63,172 nucleotides of DNA, filler included, from Reclinomonas americana ATCC 50394 (GCA_048213135.1; 49 parts of 49 records of this genome joined end to end with filler, not necessarily neighbours in it); one strand, 5' to 3'; shown: positions 49,134 through 62,027, numbered from the whole stretch's first letter. A program made the numbers and translations. The notes: generated from the sequence alone by a model not told the origin.

Positions 49134-50154
49134 TCGCGTCAGGCGATCCAGCAGATCGTGGCAGGCCGCCGGGTAAGCAAAAATCCACTTTTTCGTCTTG
49201 GCAAAGGTCTTGGAGCCACCGCCCTCAATCATGTACGACATGAGGGTGAATGGCGCGCCGGCGAAGCCAATCAGCGGCACCTTGCCCTCGAGCGCATGGC
49301 GGGTGGTGGTGATGGCGTCGTAGACGTACTTGAGTCGCTCCGACACGTTCGGATCCTCCAGCGCCGCCAAGTCGGCGGGTGTCTCCAGTGGTTTGCCAAA
49401 GGTGGGGCCCTTGCCGGGGACCATCTGAATGGGGGGGGAATGGAGGGAAAGGGGAGGTGAGAGGGAATGAAAGGGAAAGGGACGTGAGGGGAAGGGGGAG
49501 GGATAGGAGAAGGAACGGAGAGATACCATGGAGGAAAGAATGTGCAGGAAACGATTAGTTGTGAGGGAAGTTGAAAGCACGGGACTGGAAAGAAGGAGGG
49601 CAGAGCTTCGACAACGTGTGCAGGAGGACAAGAAGTGCAGTTCCTGATGCACAACTACGTTCAGATGGCAAGACACTGCGTTGAGAAGTAGGGAACATGG
49701 ATTCTCGTCTTCCTGCACCGCTGTGATACATCCTCCTGCTGAATGCATTCCGCTCTTTCTTTGCTGCAGCCAGTCGCGATCTTGCTCACCTCGTCTTCTT
49801 CAACATCAGCTCTCTCCCTCTTTCTCTCTCTTTCTCTCTCTCTCTCTCTCTTTCACCTTTCTTTCTTTTCTCTCACTCTCTCTCTCTCTCTTTTGCTCCC
49901 TCTCACCTCCTCCTCCCCCCTTTCCCCTCACTTCGCCCTCTCCACACCCACCTCCACATCCATGCCAAACGCTTGCGGAATCACGAGGATATCGGAAAAG
50001 ATAATCGCCGCATCCAGATCCTTCAACCGAGCACAGTGAACCATCCAGAAGAGAGAGAGAACAGAGCAATGCATGGACTTGAAAGAGAGAGACAAACCAT
50101 GCGACGAATCGGCTGCAGTGTGACCTCGCACGCCAACTCAGGCGTCTGACACAC
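49134..50154 (-). CDS. UROD: Uroporphyrinogen decarboxylase, multi-exon fragment
   Basis: CQTPELACEVTLQPIRR, LDAAIIFSDILVIPQAFGM, GKGP.F, VPLIGFAGAPFTLMSYMIEGGGSK. Confidence 0.96.
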
Positions 50155-50973
50155 CTGCAAACGGAGAGAGTGAGCAAAAGGGAGAAATGCAGCAGTCACT
50201 TGTCATGCAGTCGCTGAGTGTTAAAGAGAGGGAGAGAGGGAGAGAGGGAGTGAGGGAGAGAGAGAGAGAGACAGAGACAGAGAGAGAGAGGAGGAGAGAA
50301 GAAGGAAGAAAGACGAAANNNNNNNNNNNNNNNNNNNNNNNNNNNNNNNNNNNNNNNNNNNNTTAATTAATTAANNNNNNNNNNNNNNNNNNNNNNNNNN
50401 NNNNNNNNNNNNNNNNNNAAGACTGAGAGAGAGAGTCCAGTTGCGAGAGAGCGCGCGAAACTATTGACTGGTGAAATGGTGAATCGAGGCTCCGTTCTCC
50501 TCCAGAGTGAGGTTGCGCATCTCGAAAGGGACGCTGGTGGCGGCCATCTCTGTCGACAATGTGGCTTGCGATCTGGCGAGCGTCGTAGAGTGAGGTGTGC
50601 AGGACACGACTCTCAATGAGTTGTCTTTCTCTCACTCGTCCCTCCCTGTGACGCTGCGGCACTGCGCTGGTGGGTCGTTGATGTGGGAGTGCGCGATGCA
50701 GGCGAGCACAAGCTGCTTTCTTTGCGACGTCGACGTCGCGATCGACGTTTGTTGCAAAAATGGCTCGAGCTGTGCTACTGCATCGTCTCATGCACATCCC
50801 CCATCGCCTGTGGATGCCAGCACTCTCACGTTGGGACGGAGCGGGGCGCGGCCGGGGCGGGGCAGATGGATCTAATTATAAATTGAGGACCAAAATCGCG
50901 TGCACTGCAGGCGACGGCGGCCGTGATGCCTTTGAGACACTTGCGCGCGACATGGCGAGCACGCACAGCGAGA

Positions 50974-51036
50974 GACAGTGACAAGTTCGCGACAATCGTG
51001 ACAAGATTGACAGGATTTTCGCGCCCACTATATAAA
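50974..51036 (+). promoter_or_regulatory. Candidate core promoter: five GACA motifs, an E2F-like TTTCGCGC and a TATATAAA box
   Basis: GACA at 50974, 50980, 50991, 51000 and 51009; TTTCGCGC at 51017-51024; TATATAAA at 51029-51036, 72 bp before the ATG at 51108. Confidence 0.5.
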
Positions 51037-51107
51037 CGTCGAGTGTGCGTCCATTTTGCATTCACATTCCCCCTGCACGCGCACCCTGATCCCCTTCTTT
51101 CCCAACC

Positions 51108-51605
51108 ATGAGTATTGTCGAGCAACGAGCATGCGCCGTGTGCGCCAAGTCGCGCTCTCTACCCTCCTTCCAGCTCGCGTGTCAGGGTCGCTGTGCACAC
51201 GACGCCGACACCTGCAGCAAGTGCATGGCGCAGCACTTCATCGCCAACGCGCAAGACGTGGAGACAGGCCGCGCCCGCTGCCCCTCTCTCGGCTGCCGCC
51301 AGCAGCTCGACGTGCACGACGTGAACCGCCTGCTGGGCAAGGCGGCGGCCGATCGGTACAGTGCCGCACTGCTGCAGCGAGCGCTGGATCTCGACCCGAC
51401 AGTGGTGCGATGCGCGGGACCCGATTGCGAGTTTGCGGCCATTGTGCCGGATCGCGATCGCGCGTGTGCGCCGGCTGCGGCGGCGATGCAGTGCGAGCGT
51501 TGTCACACGCGCACCTGTGTGGTGCACCGCGCCGCCGTGCCATGTGGTGAGTGTGCGACCGCGGCAGCTGGTGGCTCGAGCTCTGGATCCAGCTCGGAGC
51601 ACGTC
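51108..51605 (+). CDS. RBR (RING1-IBR) E3 ubiquitin ligase, 5' part
   Basis: CAVC...C.H...CSKC...RCPSLGC (RING1); VRCAGPDC...CERC....CVVH (IBR). Confidence 0.85.
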
Positions 51606-51729
51606 NNNNNNNNNNNNNNNNNNNNNNNNNNNNNNNNNNNNNNNNNNNNTTAATTAATTAANNNNNNNNNNNNNNNNNNNNNNNNNNNNNNNNNNNNNNN
51701 NNNNNGTGTCCTTCTGTTCTCCTCTCGTC

Positions 51730-51768
<39 letters not shown>

Positions 51769-51799
51769 TCCCCCCCTCCCTCTCTCTCTGTCTCTCTCA

Positions 51800-52574
51800 C
51801 CACGGCATGGGCGGAATGACCGAGGCCGCCTGCCGCGGCCGACAAGGTCGCGAGAAGGGCTCAGCCGTGCGCTTCCCGTGGAAGGAGCCCAGCAGCGTCA
51901 ACGGAAACGTCACCAACGCCAACAGCAGAATGAAAGAGAGTGCCGTGCGGAAGGGCAGTGCGGCCGTGGAGCCGTACGTGACCGCCACAGAATTCAACAC
52001 GCTCCACACCGCAAAGGCCGGCACCGAGAACATGCAAAACGTCAACAGTACGTTCTTCACCCAGTCCTCCTTGCGACCCTCCATCTTTTTGAAGAACGAG
52101 GCCGACGTGTAGCCGGCCACACTGCCCGTCAGTGCGTACGACACGATAATGGCCGCGTACAGCGTGCCGCGTGTGTACTCGTAGAACACGCCGAGCGTCG
52201 TCAGCGACATCACCAGCATCGACAGCACGTACAACTGCAGGCCGACACCACACAGCGCCGCAAAGAGGTTCTTGTGCGGCGGAAAGCGGAACACATCACG
52301 CGCCAGCTTCTTCCATCCCGTCTCCAGCTTCTCATCCTCCAAATCCACCGTGGCGTACATCTGGTAGTCGCGGTTGAGGATGCGCATCATGAGGAACACC
52401 AGCGCGCCCGTCAGCAGCACGACCACGACCAGCGAGTTGAGGATGGAGAACCACTGAATCTCCAACTCCTTCCCACTCGGCAGACTCGCCAGGCGCGTCA
52501 CGCGGTCGTCGTAGGAGAGCGGTGAGTCGTGCCACTGTGCCGAGTAGGTGAACTCGAGGACCATCGGTTTTACC
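51800..52574 (-). CDS. TM9SF/nonaspanin (EMP70 family, TM9SF1-like) exon
   Basis: LEIQWFSILNS, RILNRDY, ETGWK....DVFRFPPHKNLF, RGTLY, AGYTSA, STAALPF. Confidence 0.93.
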
Positions 52575-52799
52575 TGCAAGGCGGGGGAGGGGAAGGATGA
52601 GAACGGATGGATAAAGGTGAGTGGGATAGAGACTCCTGCGGCGAATAACAGCTATGACTGAAGAGAACGGGAGCGAAAGACAGCAATTGCGAAGCAGAGA
52701 CATTTTGGTTGCGAGAAAGACAGAGAGGGAAACAGAGAGAGGGGGGTACATGGATGTCGGCACTGATAATGATGCAGAGGTGCAGAAAGAGAACGGACA

Positions 52800-52891
<92 letters not shown>

Positions 52892-53042
52892 NNNNNNNNN
52901 NNNNNNNNNNNNNNNNNNNNNNNNNNNNNNNNNNNTTAATTAATTAANNNNNNNNNNNNNNNNNNNNNNNNNNNNNNNNNNNNNNNNNNNNCTCTCTCTC
53001 TCTCTCCTCCCCTCTCCCTCTCCCTCTTTCCCAAAACACACC

Positions 53043-53838
53043 TTGATCATCCACCGTGATAAACTTGGTGTGCAGCACACCACCACGCCCATTAGTGACA
53101 CTGGTCATGTTGACCGAGCGCAGCTGAATGGTGCCCTCCTTGGCGAGATTGGCGGAATCGGTGTCGGGAAACATGTCGGTGGGCACCGACTGCGCCACAC
53201 GAATGTCCACACCACGCTTCTTGGCCGCCTGCAACTGCGCATAGAACTCGGGTCCCCACTGCCCATTCAGCGCCGGGTACGGATCACCACTCGTCAAATC
53301 CCAGTACAACGCCGCAATGCCTGCAGAGCGCGCATGGAGTCGAGTGAGCACAGCGTGCCCTCAGGGCTCGGAACAATCACGCAGGCTGTGAATGCACGCC
53401 ACGCATGCAATGCCTCTCTCTCCTATTGACACAGCAGTTGCACGCAACGAATGTTGTTCTTTGCCGAGGTCACCAGATCGGTCCACGCGACATGCGTCAG
53501 TTCATCGCCGTCGACACCAATCGGCTGCAGATTGAGCATGAACGGGAGGCTCTCCGCCAGACGGAAGTAGCACTTGTCGTCGGGGTTGTTGGCATCGCAG
53601 TCCATGGCAGGCGCCTTCACACACAGAGAGAGCGCGCGTGTGTGTGAGCACGACATGTTCACACTGTGCTCTCTCTCTCTCCTTTGTCTCTCTTGCTGCG
53701 TGCATGCATGTGCAGAGGGAGGAGACACCTCACCAGCGGATAGCGGTTGCTCCACACCAGAGAGATGGTGGCCACTGCAATGGCAATCGACACAAAGCCG
53801 CCGGCAAAGCCAATCTCCCACCATGTTATCGTCTTCAT
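53043..53838 (-). CDS. PLD3/PLD4-like phospholipase D family protein (type II membrane), multi-exon
   Basis: N-terminal TM segment, CYFRLAESLP, AWTDLV.SAK, IAALYW, KRGVDIRVAQ, and HKD motif GVLHTKFITVD. Confidence 0.88.
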
Positions 53839-54019
53839 GAGAGCAGCACCGCACAAACACACACTCCACACGCAGAAGCAGCAGCTGTGTGTGCGTGACG
53901 ATGTGAGCGGGACCAAGGACATGCAGTCAATGCAAGCGTTTTTCATTGTCTGGCGCCGATGAATGCATACAGGCAAGGGTCCGGAAGCATAGTACAGGCG
54001 CACAGTTGTGCTTGCTTGT

Positions 54020-54177
54020 TCAGGCCAGCAGTGGGGCCAGCGAGGCGTCAGCCTCCCTGACAAACTTCCGCAGACCGGCACCGTTCTGCTGCACACAGCT
54101 AGTGAGCAAGGGTGGGCACTCATCCACTCTACGTTCACGCTCACCTCCACGCTCTGCGCAACGGCATTGACAAACGC
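54020..54177 (-). CDS. 3' end of an upstream gene (weak resemblance to the TrpA C-terminus)
   Basis: AFVNAVAQSVE/NGAGLRKFVREADASLAPLLA*; too short for a firm call. Confidence 0.3.
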
Positions 54178-54277
54178 NNNNNNNNNNNNNNNNNNNNNNN
54201 NNNNNNNNNNNNNNNNNNNNNTTAATTAATTAANNNNNNNNNNNNNNNNNNNNNNNNNNNNNNNNNNNNNNNNNNNN

Positions 54278-54785
54278 AGCTCGTCCAACCGGTGCCGGAG
54301 GCCCTCCTCCGCCGCACTCGGCTTGTGTCGCACATAGCGGAACGCCGCCACCTGCGCCACCAAATGAGCACGTGGCGGACACGTGGCACAATTACTGCAA
54401 AGTGTACCTCTCCGCCGGTCTTATCGGTGCCGGCCATTCCATTCTTGATTTCGGTGAACAGCTGGGCAAAGTTTGCCGCGCGCTGCTTGCACTCGGCGTC
54501 CTCCAGCGATACATTCTCGTCCAACTGCGGCGGTGTCGGGCGCTTATGCATCACCACGCGCTGGTGAATGACTCCATCGCGCGTGACGTCACCGCCCGCG
54601 CTCGCCGTCGACGACGATGAAGACACATTGTTGTTGTTGTTAGAGTTGTTGTTGTTGTTGCCGCCAAAGAGCACGCGATAGGCGACAAAGATAGTCAGCA
54701 GAGTCGCCAACGTCACCACCACAGTCGTCAACATCGACTGACGACCAGTGCGCTTGCGCTCATTGTAGGCGGGTCCAGAGAGCAT
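54278..54785 (-). CDS. Type II membrane (Golgi-type) protein N-terminus
   Basis: Short basic tail, one TM segment, polyN/S stem, then FTEIKNGMAGTDK. Confidence 0.6.
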
Positions 54786-55102
54786 CTTTGCGCGCTCACT
54801 ATGCGTGCACAACAAAACACAGAGGCAAAAAGGAGGGCGTTTTTGCAAAGTCAGCACGCGTTTTGTCGGAGTATCACACACAACATAAGCAAATGCGATG
54901 TCACCTTTGCGAATAGCACGCACTCACTGAACACAGGGAGCGTGTGACACAGTCGCACGTGCGCAAACACACACACACAGATGCACACGCAAGCGCAAAG
55001 TCTGACTTTGCTCGCCTCGTGCCACAAAAAAACCGACTTAACGAAATTGCCGTGACGCCGACGGACGGAATGGGATGGTGGAACAAAACATATCACTCAA
55101 AC

Positions 55103-55231
55103 ATGCGCGAGTTTGTGCTGGCACTCTCTGTGTTGCTTTGTGCGGCGGTGGTCATTGCGTCGTTTGATGCGGACCGCATGCATGTGGTCGACACGCGGTT
55201 GGTTGATGGACGGTGGAATGTGTTGTTCCGA
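55103..55231 (+). CDS. Secreted protein first exon (possibly phosphatase-like)
   Basis: Signal peptide MREFVLALSVLLCAAVVIA followed by FDADRMHVVD...NVLFR. Confidence 0.5.
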
Positions 55232-55259
55232 GTTGCGTGAGAAGTGAGAAAGTGAGACA

Positions 55260-55300
<41 letters not shown>

Positions 55301-55382
55301 AATAGTGAGAGAAGAGTGCATGACAGTGTGAGAAATAGCGTCACACACTCACACACACACAAACACACTCACACACACGCAC

Positions 55383-55463
<81 letters not shown>

Positions 55464-55713
55464 NNNNNNNNNNNNNNNNNNNNNNNNNNNNNNNNNNNNN
55501 NNNNNNNTTAATTAATTAANNNNNNNNNNNNNNNNNNNNNNNNNNNNNNNNNNNNNNNNNNNNACTCTAGATCTTGCTGCTTCTTCGTTGTCTCCTCTCT
55601 TCCTTTCCTCTCTCTCTCTCTCTCTCACTCCCTACTGCGCGCTCTCTCTCTCTCTCCTCTCTCTTTGTCCCACCCTCTCTCTCTCTCTCTTCCCCCACCC
55701 CCACACACTCACC

Positions 55714-55896
55714 ACTCAAATCCACCACCTCTCTCCCCTCCAGACTCCTCCGCAACGCGCCATGATCCGCACGACCCCACATCGCCACCGACTCGGGCGA
55801 CATTGAGCGAGGCACTGTCGCGAGGAACAAGTGCCTCTTCACCGCCTCCTTCTCCTTGTCCTCTTGAGGGACTGAGTGATGGTGAGCTGTGCTCAT
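55714..55896 (-). CDS. Hypothetical protein first exon (possible LRR start)
   Basis: MSTAHHH...LRRSLEGREVVDLS, then a GTGAGT donor. Confidence 0.45.
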
Positions 55897-55944
55897 TGGT
55901 TGCGTGTGTGTGTGAGGGTGGTTAGGACCGCGAGTTGTCAACAC

Positions 55945-55956
55945 TTTGGCGCGAAA
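55945..55956 (-). promoter_or_regulatory. E2F-type binding site TTTCGCGCCAAA
   Basis: Matches the classical E2F element and lies about 50 bp upstream of the ATG at 55896. Confidence 0.5.
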
Positions 55957-56405
55957 ATATCGGAAAAACTGGGTTGTCCGAAGTTGATTTCGACACTTGT
56001 AAAAAACAGTGTGTGAAGTCGGTGGGCCAAACTCAAATAGCTTTTTCATACATGTCCACACTCAAGTGCTTGTGGCGGGCAGCGACAGGCAAATTCATCG
56101 TGTGTTCGGATTTGCAATATATTTGTATTTTCTTGCACAAGTCGGTCTGCTGCGTCGACGCCCTGCGGTGTGGGAGGTTGAAGTGCACGTTCCTTGCGAG
56201 CGTAGTGTGGCGCCGGCAGCGGAAGGTGATTTATCTGTTGAAGCAAAGCAAAAACAGTGGAGGCGTCGCAGTTGGTTGGTGGCGTGGTTGAAAACAGAAG
56301 AGAGCTTGTTACTTGATGGATCAGTGAAGTTTCTATTATATATTTCTATTATATGTTGATGGTGAGGCTCTTATCGGTGGTGGCTTGAGCAGGTGGAAGG
56401 TGCAG

Positions 56406-56442
<37 letters not shown>

Positions 56443-57851
56443 CGCAACAGTGATTTCAAACACTGTGACAGCCACTGACTGGTGGCCGCACAGTGAGAAA
56501 CAAGAGGACTGTAGAAGACGACGTTGACCACAGACACGATGTTGTTGTTGTCGTCGTTATTATGTACAGTGGTGGCAGTGGAGGGGAAGAACGTGCAAGA
56601 CAAGCTGGCTGCGTGAGAGCAAAGCCAGCAGTGTCAGCAGCTACTGCCGTACAGTGGTGACGCGAACACAGGCAGCCACGTGCGCCATCCGTGTCATCAT
56701 CACGCGTCGCTGGCTGGCACAGTCAACTTCTGCGATCTCCACGTGATTNNNNNNNNNNNNNNNNNNNNNNNNNNNNNNNNNNNNNNNNNNNNTTAATTAA
56801 TTAANNNNNNNNNNNNNNNNNNNNNNNNNNNNNNNNNNNNNNNNNNNNTGATGCAAGGCTCTTAAACATGCCACGGATCTATTCTATGCAGAGAGAGAGA
56901 GAGGCACAGTCATGTGACTTTAACAGACACTTGCCGTGATCGATTCTTCTCTTTCAGATAGAGAGGGAGAGAGAAACTTGTTCTGTGAGTGCAGCAGGTG
57001 CATGCATGTCTCGTAAAGAGGGTCTCCTCTCCTCGAGAGATAGTGACAAGAGTCTTGCGAATGCGCAAGTTAGACCGCACGGGACGCACATCGATTGATG
57101 AGCGAAGACAGCACACAAGTCAAACGAAAAGCGCTGCTGAAATCAAGACAGAGACTCTGTCAAGATCGATTCTTCTTTCATCGGAGCAAAGGCGTCGCTC
57201 GACACCATGCGTGACTCTGTCGAAACGACCTTTCCCGAGCTCACATCGATTGTTCTTCCACCACGAAGAGAAAGAGAGAGAAAAGCAGGGGAGTTGTCTG
57301 CTTTAGAAATGAGAGTGAAGCAAAGAGCGTCGCCTGGAGAAGTGAAAGAGGCACACATACACAGCACGAGCAAACGCGAACCAGAGCGCGGCTCATTCCG
57401 CGGATACGTGGTCCCATACGCGTACTGGATCGTCGGCGACTCCGGTCGCTCATTGCCTGTGCGCGGAGAAAGAATGCCAATGAGAGAGCGAGAGGCAAGA
57501 GGAGAGGAGAGAGGCAAGAGGGGGAGAGGCACGCACTTTGAGCCGCTCGCCTGACCTGTGTGACGCGGAACAAACGAGGAGAGGTGGGCACAAAACGCAC
57601 ACGCACAGATATCAGCAAAGAGAGGGAAAAGGAGTGAGAGAGTGAGTGACTCTGTGTGCGTGTGTGTGTGTGTGCGTGCGTGTGTGTGTGTGTGTGTGTG
57701 AATGAGTGAGTGTGTGTGAGTGAATGAGTGAGTGAGTGTGGGACAGCGAGTGAGTGGCCTGAGTGAGTGGCCTGAGTGAGTAAAGGGAGTGAGTGGGTGA
57801 GTGCAAGAGTGAGTAAAGGGAGTGAGTGGGTGAGTGCAAGAGTGGGTTTGT

Positions 57852-57895
<44 letters not shown>

Positions 57896-57939
57896 ATGTG
57901 CTTGTGAGAGAGAGAATGCAAGTGTATGCGTGACTGTGA

Positions 57940-57981
<42 letters not shown>

Positions 57982-58874
57982 ACTTACCTCATTGACTCCA
58001 CTGCGCATGAGAAGAGAGACACACACAAAGACNNNNNNNNNNNNNNNNNNNNNNNNNNNNNNNNNNNNNNNNNNNNTTAATTAATTAANNNNNNNNNNNN
58101 NNNNNNNNNNNNNNNNNNNNNNNNNNNNNNNNTGGCAACTACCCTGAGTGCGATTGAAAATGGAGCGATCACTGAAAGACATTGTCAGTTCATTCTTGAA
58201 AGAGGCCTCAATTGGGGGATAAGTTGGGAAACGGAGAGAGAGCAGAGGGCGCATGGGGTAAGTCGACGCGGATGAGGGAATCAAAGGCGAATAGACGGAC
58301 GAGAATAAAATCAGATGATTGCACGGAAAGCTAATCTGAGTTGAAGATGAGATGACTGAGTGAGTGAGCGAGTGAGGGAGAGAACTGATAGGACGAGCCG
58401 AGGTGTGCAAGATGCACGATCGGAGAATGAGATGGGTGAGTGAGTGAGTGACTGGTGGGGATGGTGAGCGAGTGAAGAAGACGAACTGATAGGACGAGCC
58501 GAGGTGGGCGAGATGAACAATCGGAGAATGAGAAGGGTGAGGGGGTGAGTGAATGGCGATGATGGTGGACTGTACATCAGTATCGTAGGTGAGTGGATAC
58601 TCGGGAAAGGGAATGAGAGAAAAGTACGAAGAGGCATGGACTGTGAGGTGACATGCATGGTGGGTGGAGTGAACATCGACAAGGGGGAGGGAATGAAGAG
58701 TGAGTGGGTGGCAAAGTCGGATGAAATTAGAGGGAAAGCAGTGGAAATACAAGGCAGCAAAGACAGTGGTTGGGATGATTTGAGTGTGTGTGAGTGCTTC
58801 AGCGGGAGAGTCGATGCGGGAGGAGGAGGAAGAGAAGGGAGATGGAAGGACAAGGGAGGGAGAAGGAGAGAAAA

Positions 58875-59270
58875 GAAGAGATGACAGTCGAGGTGAAGGA
58901 TTGGAGAAGAGAGAGGGAAAAGAGTGCAGAGAAAGAATGATGCAGGTTGATGAAGGGTGATATGAGGGCATGGAAGGACAAGGGTGTGGGGCAATTGAGC
59001 ACAAGAGAAAAGAGATGGCAGTCGAAGTGGAGGGTTGGAGAAGAGAGAGAGAGGGGGGAAATTTAAAGAGAGAGAGCACAGAGAAGTGCTGCAGGTTGAT
59101 GAAGGGTGATATGAGGGGCATGGAAGGACAACGGTGTGGGGCGATTGAGCACAAGAGAGAAGAGATGGCAGTCGAAGTGGAGGGTTGGAGAAGAGCTCGA
59201 GAGAGACGGAGGGAAAAAGAGAGAGCACAGAGAAGTGCTGCAAGTTGATGAAGCGTGAGATGAGGGAGTG
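58875..59270 (+). repeat. ~150-bp degenerate tandem repeat (about 2.5 copies) in a purine-skewed non-coding contig
   Basis: GCAGGTTGATGAAGGGTGATATGAGGG recurs near 58942, 59091 and (variant) 59240. GAACTGATAGGACGAGCCGAGGTG also occurs twice, near 58382 and 58483. Confidence 0.8.
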
Positions 59271-59418
59271 ACGATGTTGGCAGAAAGCGCGTGAGGGGTG
59301 AGTTTATATATGCGTGGANNNNNNNNNNNNNNNNNNNNNNNNNNNNNNNNNNNNNNNNNNNNTTAATTAATTAANNNNNNNNNNNNNNNNNNNNNNNNNN
59401 NNNNNNNNNNNNNNNNNN

Positions 59419-60530
59419 ATGCACACGCGGTCGCCGTGTACCAACTCCACCGCAAACGTGTACGACGCGCCGGCACTCACACTGGTGAGTCGGATCTGTC
59501 GGTGATCGTTGACGGCCTGTGCGGCGGCCAGACTGGCCATTTGCGCGGCCGACTGCGGCGGCGCCATTTGCATCATCTGCGCCGGCCCGAGTGGCTGACG
59601 AACCGGCGCCGACGGTGGCGCGGCCATGGGCTTCAGCGGCTGCCCGTCGGGTCCAACGCCGGCACTGCGAGCATAGTACACCTCGGCAGGCGGCGCCGCG
59701 GCGGACTCCATCGCCATGTCGCCCTTGACGTAGGACAGAGCGGGAGGAGCACCAGCGGCGGCCGACGAGGGCAGGCTTGCGCGCGAGGTGGCTACAGGCA
59801 CCGCCACAGGGGACAGCGTGGCCGCTGGAGCGAGAAAACTGCTTGCTGCTGCCGCTGCCGCTGCCGCACCCGGTGATCGTGCCGGCAGCTGTACATAGGG
59901 CGACACCGGGGCTGCAGTGGCGGCGTGATACGACGGTGGTGGAGGTGGTGGTGGCGGCTGTTGAGCAAGAGGATGCTGTTGCATGGGAGGCGCCGGCGTG
60001 TGGTACGGTGGTGGCGGCGGTTGCTGCTGCTGATGGTACTGCGCGTGCATCGGTGGTGGCGGCGCAGCAGCCGACACTGTGGTGGCGACAGCATGTGGCG
60101 GCGGCGGCGGCGCAGCAGAGCCCGACCCCGACGCACCACCATACGGATCGTAGGCTGGCACTGCGGGCGCACCGCCACCCTTTTGTTGCGGCGCAAGCGA
60201 GGCCACTGCGCCATTCGGCAGCTCCGCATCGATCTCCGTAATGTCAAAGTACACAAAGGCGACCGACGGGTCCGACGTGGCCGTCAGCGCTCCCGTGTAC
60301 GGATCCAGCGCCAGACTCAGTTGTCGTGACTCGAACTTGACATTCACCAGACGGTCTGGTGAGCGACACTACAAGGTGAGTGAAATTGTATGGAGGACAG
60401 GGAGAGCAGGGAGACACACCGCCAGCAGCTGTCGACTGTCGCTTGTACTGCGACGCTGGTTCGTATTTACCGTCATGATCGATGTTTCCCTGCGGGTCAG
60501 CACGAACAGTTCCGTACGTCTGCTTGGGAG
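59419..60530 (-). CDS. Hypothetical protein with a Pro/Ala/Gln-rich linker between beta-rich segments
   Basis: Open frame of more than 300 codons, including VAFVYFDITEI and SYTFAVELV. Confidence 0.55.
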
Positions 60531-60702
60531 CAGGGAAGGGGTGAGTGAGAGGTGAGAGAGGAAGAAAGAGAGAGACAGAGTGAGAGACAGAAGAAGAATG
60601 AANNNNNNNNNNNNNNNNNNNNNNNNNNNNNNNNNNNNNNNNNNNNTTAATTAATTAANNNNNNNNNNNNNNNNNNNNNNNNNNNNNNNNNNNNNNNNNN
60701 NN

Positions 60703-61888
60703 AGCAGCGGCGGCGGCGGCAGCAGCAGCAGCGGCGGCGGCGGCCGTGACCGACGACATGCTGATGGAGGAGGACGAAGCGGAGGCCGAGTCGAGTGGCA
60801 CCTCTGTTGTGCCTTTCCACGTGCTCTCACCTCTCAAGGATCGACCGCACCTGCTCCAATACCGAGGCTTGATTCAGGCGCCGATGGGTGATCAGCTGCC
60901 TCGGCGTGTCTGTTGCGTCTTTTTTATGTGGTTGCTTTTTTTTTGGTCTCTCGTTGCCTTGCTCACTCCCCGTGTTGCAGACATTGGCGGTCAACACATG
61001 TCGGTGCCGCGCATGTACTCGCAGAACGACTTTGCCGACTCGTTCATGGCGCTGGTGCACACGCGAGTGCCACTGCCGGAGCTGGCGCAATTGTACCAGC
61101 GGGTCAGCGAGCAGGCCGAGTCCACCGAGTCGACCAGGGCGGCGCTGGCCCGACAACGGCAACGAGCTGCCGCCGGTGCTGGTGGGGCGGGTGGCGGCGG
61201 CGGGGCGATCGTCAGTCGGTCCGTGGCCAACACGTGGTCGTACATTGTCGCCAAGTCGATTCCCGAGGTTTGTATCGTGACACTTTGTCGCCCACCATGT
61301 GTGTTTGCCTTGTGAGCTCACACCATTTCTTTTTGTGAGCAGGCGGTGGAGCGCATGCGCAAGGCGCGCGAGCGGTACCATTCCAATTTCAAGAAACTGA
61401 TTCTCAACTACCAGCGCGAGATGAAGAAGCGCGTGCAAAAGGCACTCAACTCGTGGCGCGCGGCGCAGAACCGCGGTCGCAAGTTGGCACGAGAGGTGAG
61501 TTTGTCGCTCGGTTTGAGGAAGTGTGTCGCCTGTCTCTCATGCGTGCGTGCACAGATGGTCAACTACTGGAGAAAGTACGAAAAGGATGCGGCGGAGCGG
61601 AGCAAGAAGGAACTGCGCGAGTTCCAAGAAGCTGCCAAGCGCGAAGAAGAAGCGCGCGAGGCGAAGCGACAGGCGCGCAAGTTGAACTACCTGCTGACGC
61701 AGACCGAGCTCTTCTCGCACTTTATGAGCAAGAAGCTGGTGGCCGACGAGGGCGAGGCGGGTGGCTCGGCCAGCGGATCAGCACCGCAGCCGTCTGGCGC
61801 CGCCGCCGCTGCGGACGATCTGGCCGGCCTCCCACCATTAGACGATGCGACAATACCGGTGTTGCCGGCACCTGCCGTCGCCGTCGCC
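60703..61888 (+). CDS. INO80: Chromatin remodeller INO80, DBINO/HSA region, multi-exon
   Basis: RGRKLARE/MVNYWRKYEK...KREEEAREAKRQARKLNYLLTQTELFSHFM. Confidence 0.93.
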
Positions 61889-62027
61889 NNNNNNNNNNNN
61901 NNNNNNNNNNNNNNNNNNNNNNNNNNNNNNNNTTAATTAATTAANNNNNNNNNNNNNNNNNNNNNNNNNNNNNNNNNNNNNNNNNNNNTTATAATTAGTT
62001 CAACTCACGGGGGACGTGCTTCGTAGA

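Noticed and set aside
56849..57560. Coding exons in this contig
   Set aside because: Short frames exist on both strands, but strand and product could not be supported.
58081..59243. Long Ser/Leu/Pro/His-rich ORFs on pyrimidine strands (also at 36685-37272 and 57241-58026)
   Set aside because: These are by-products of low-complexity CT-rich DNA that lacks stop codons.
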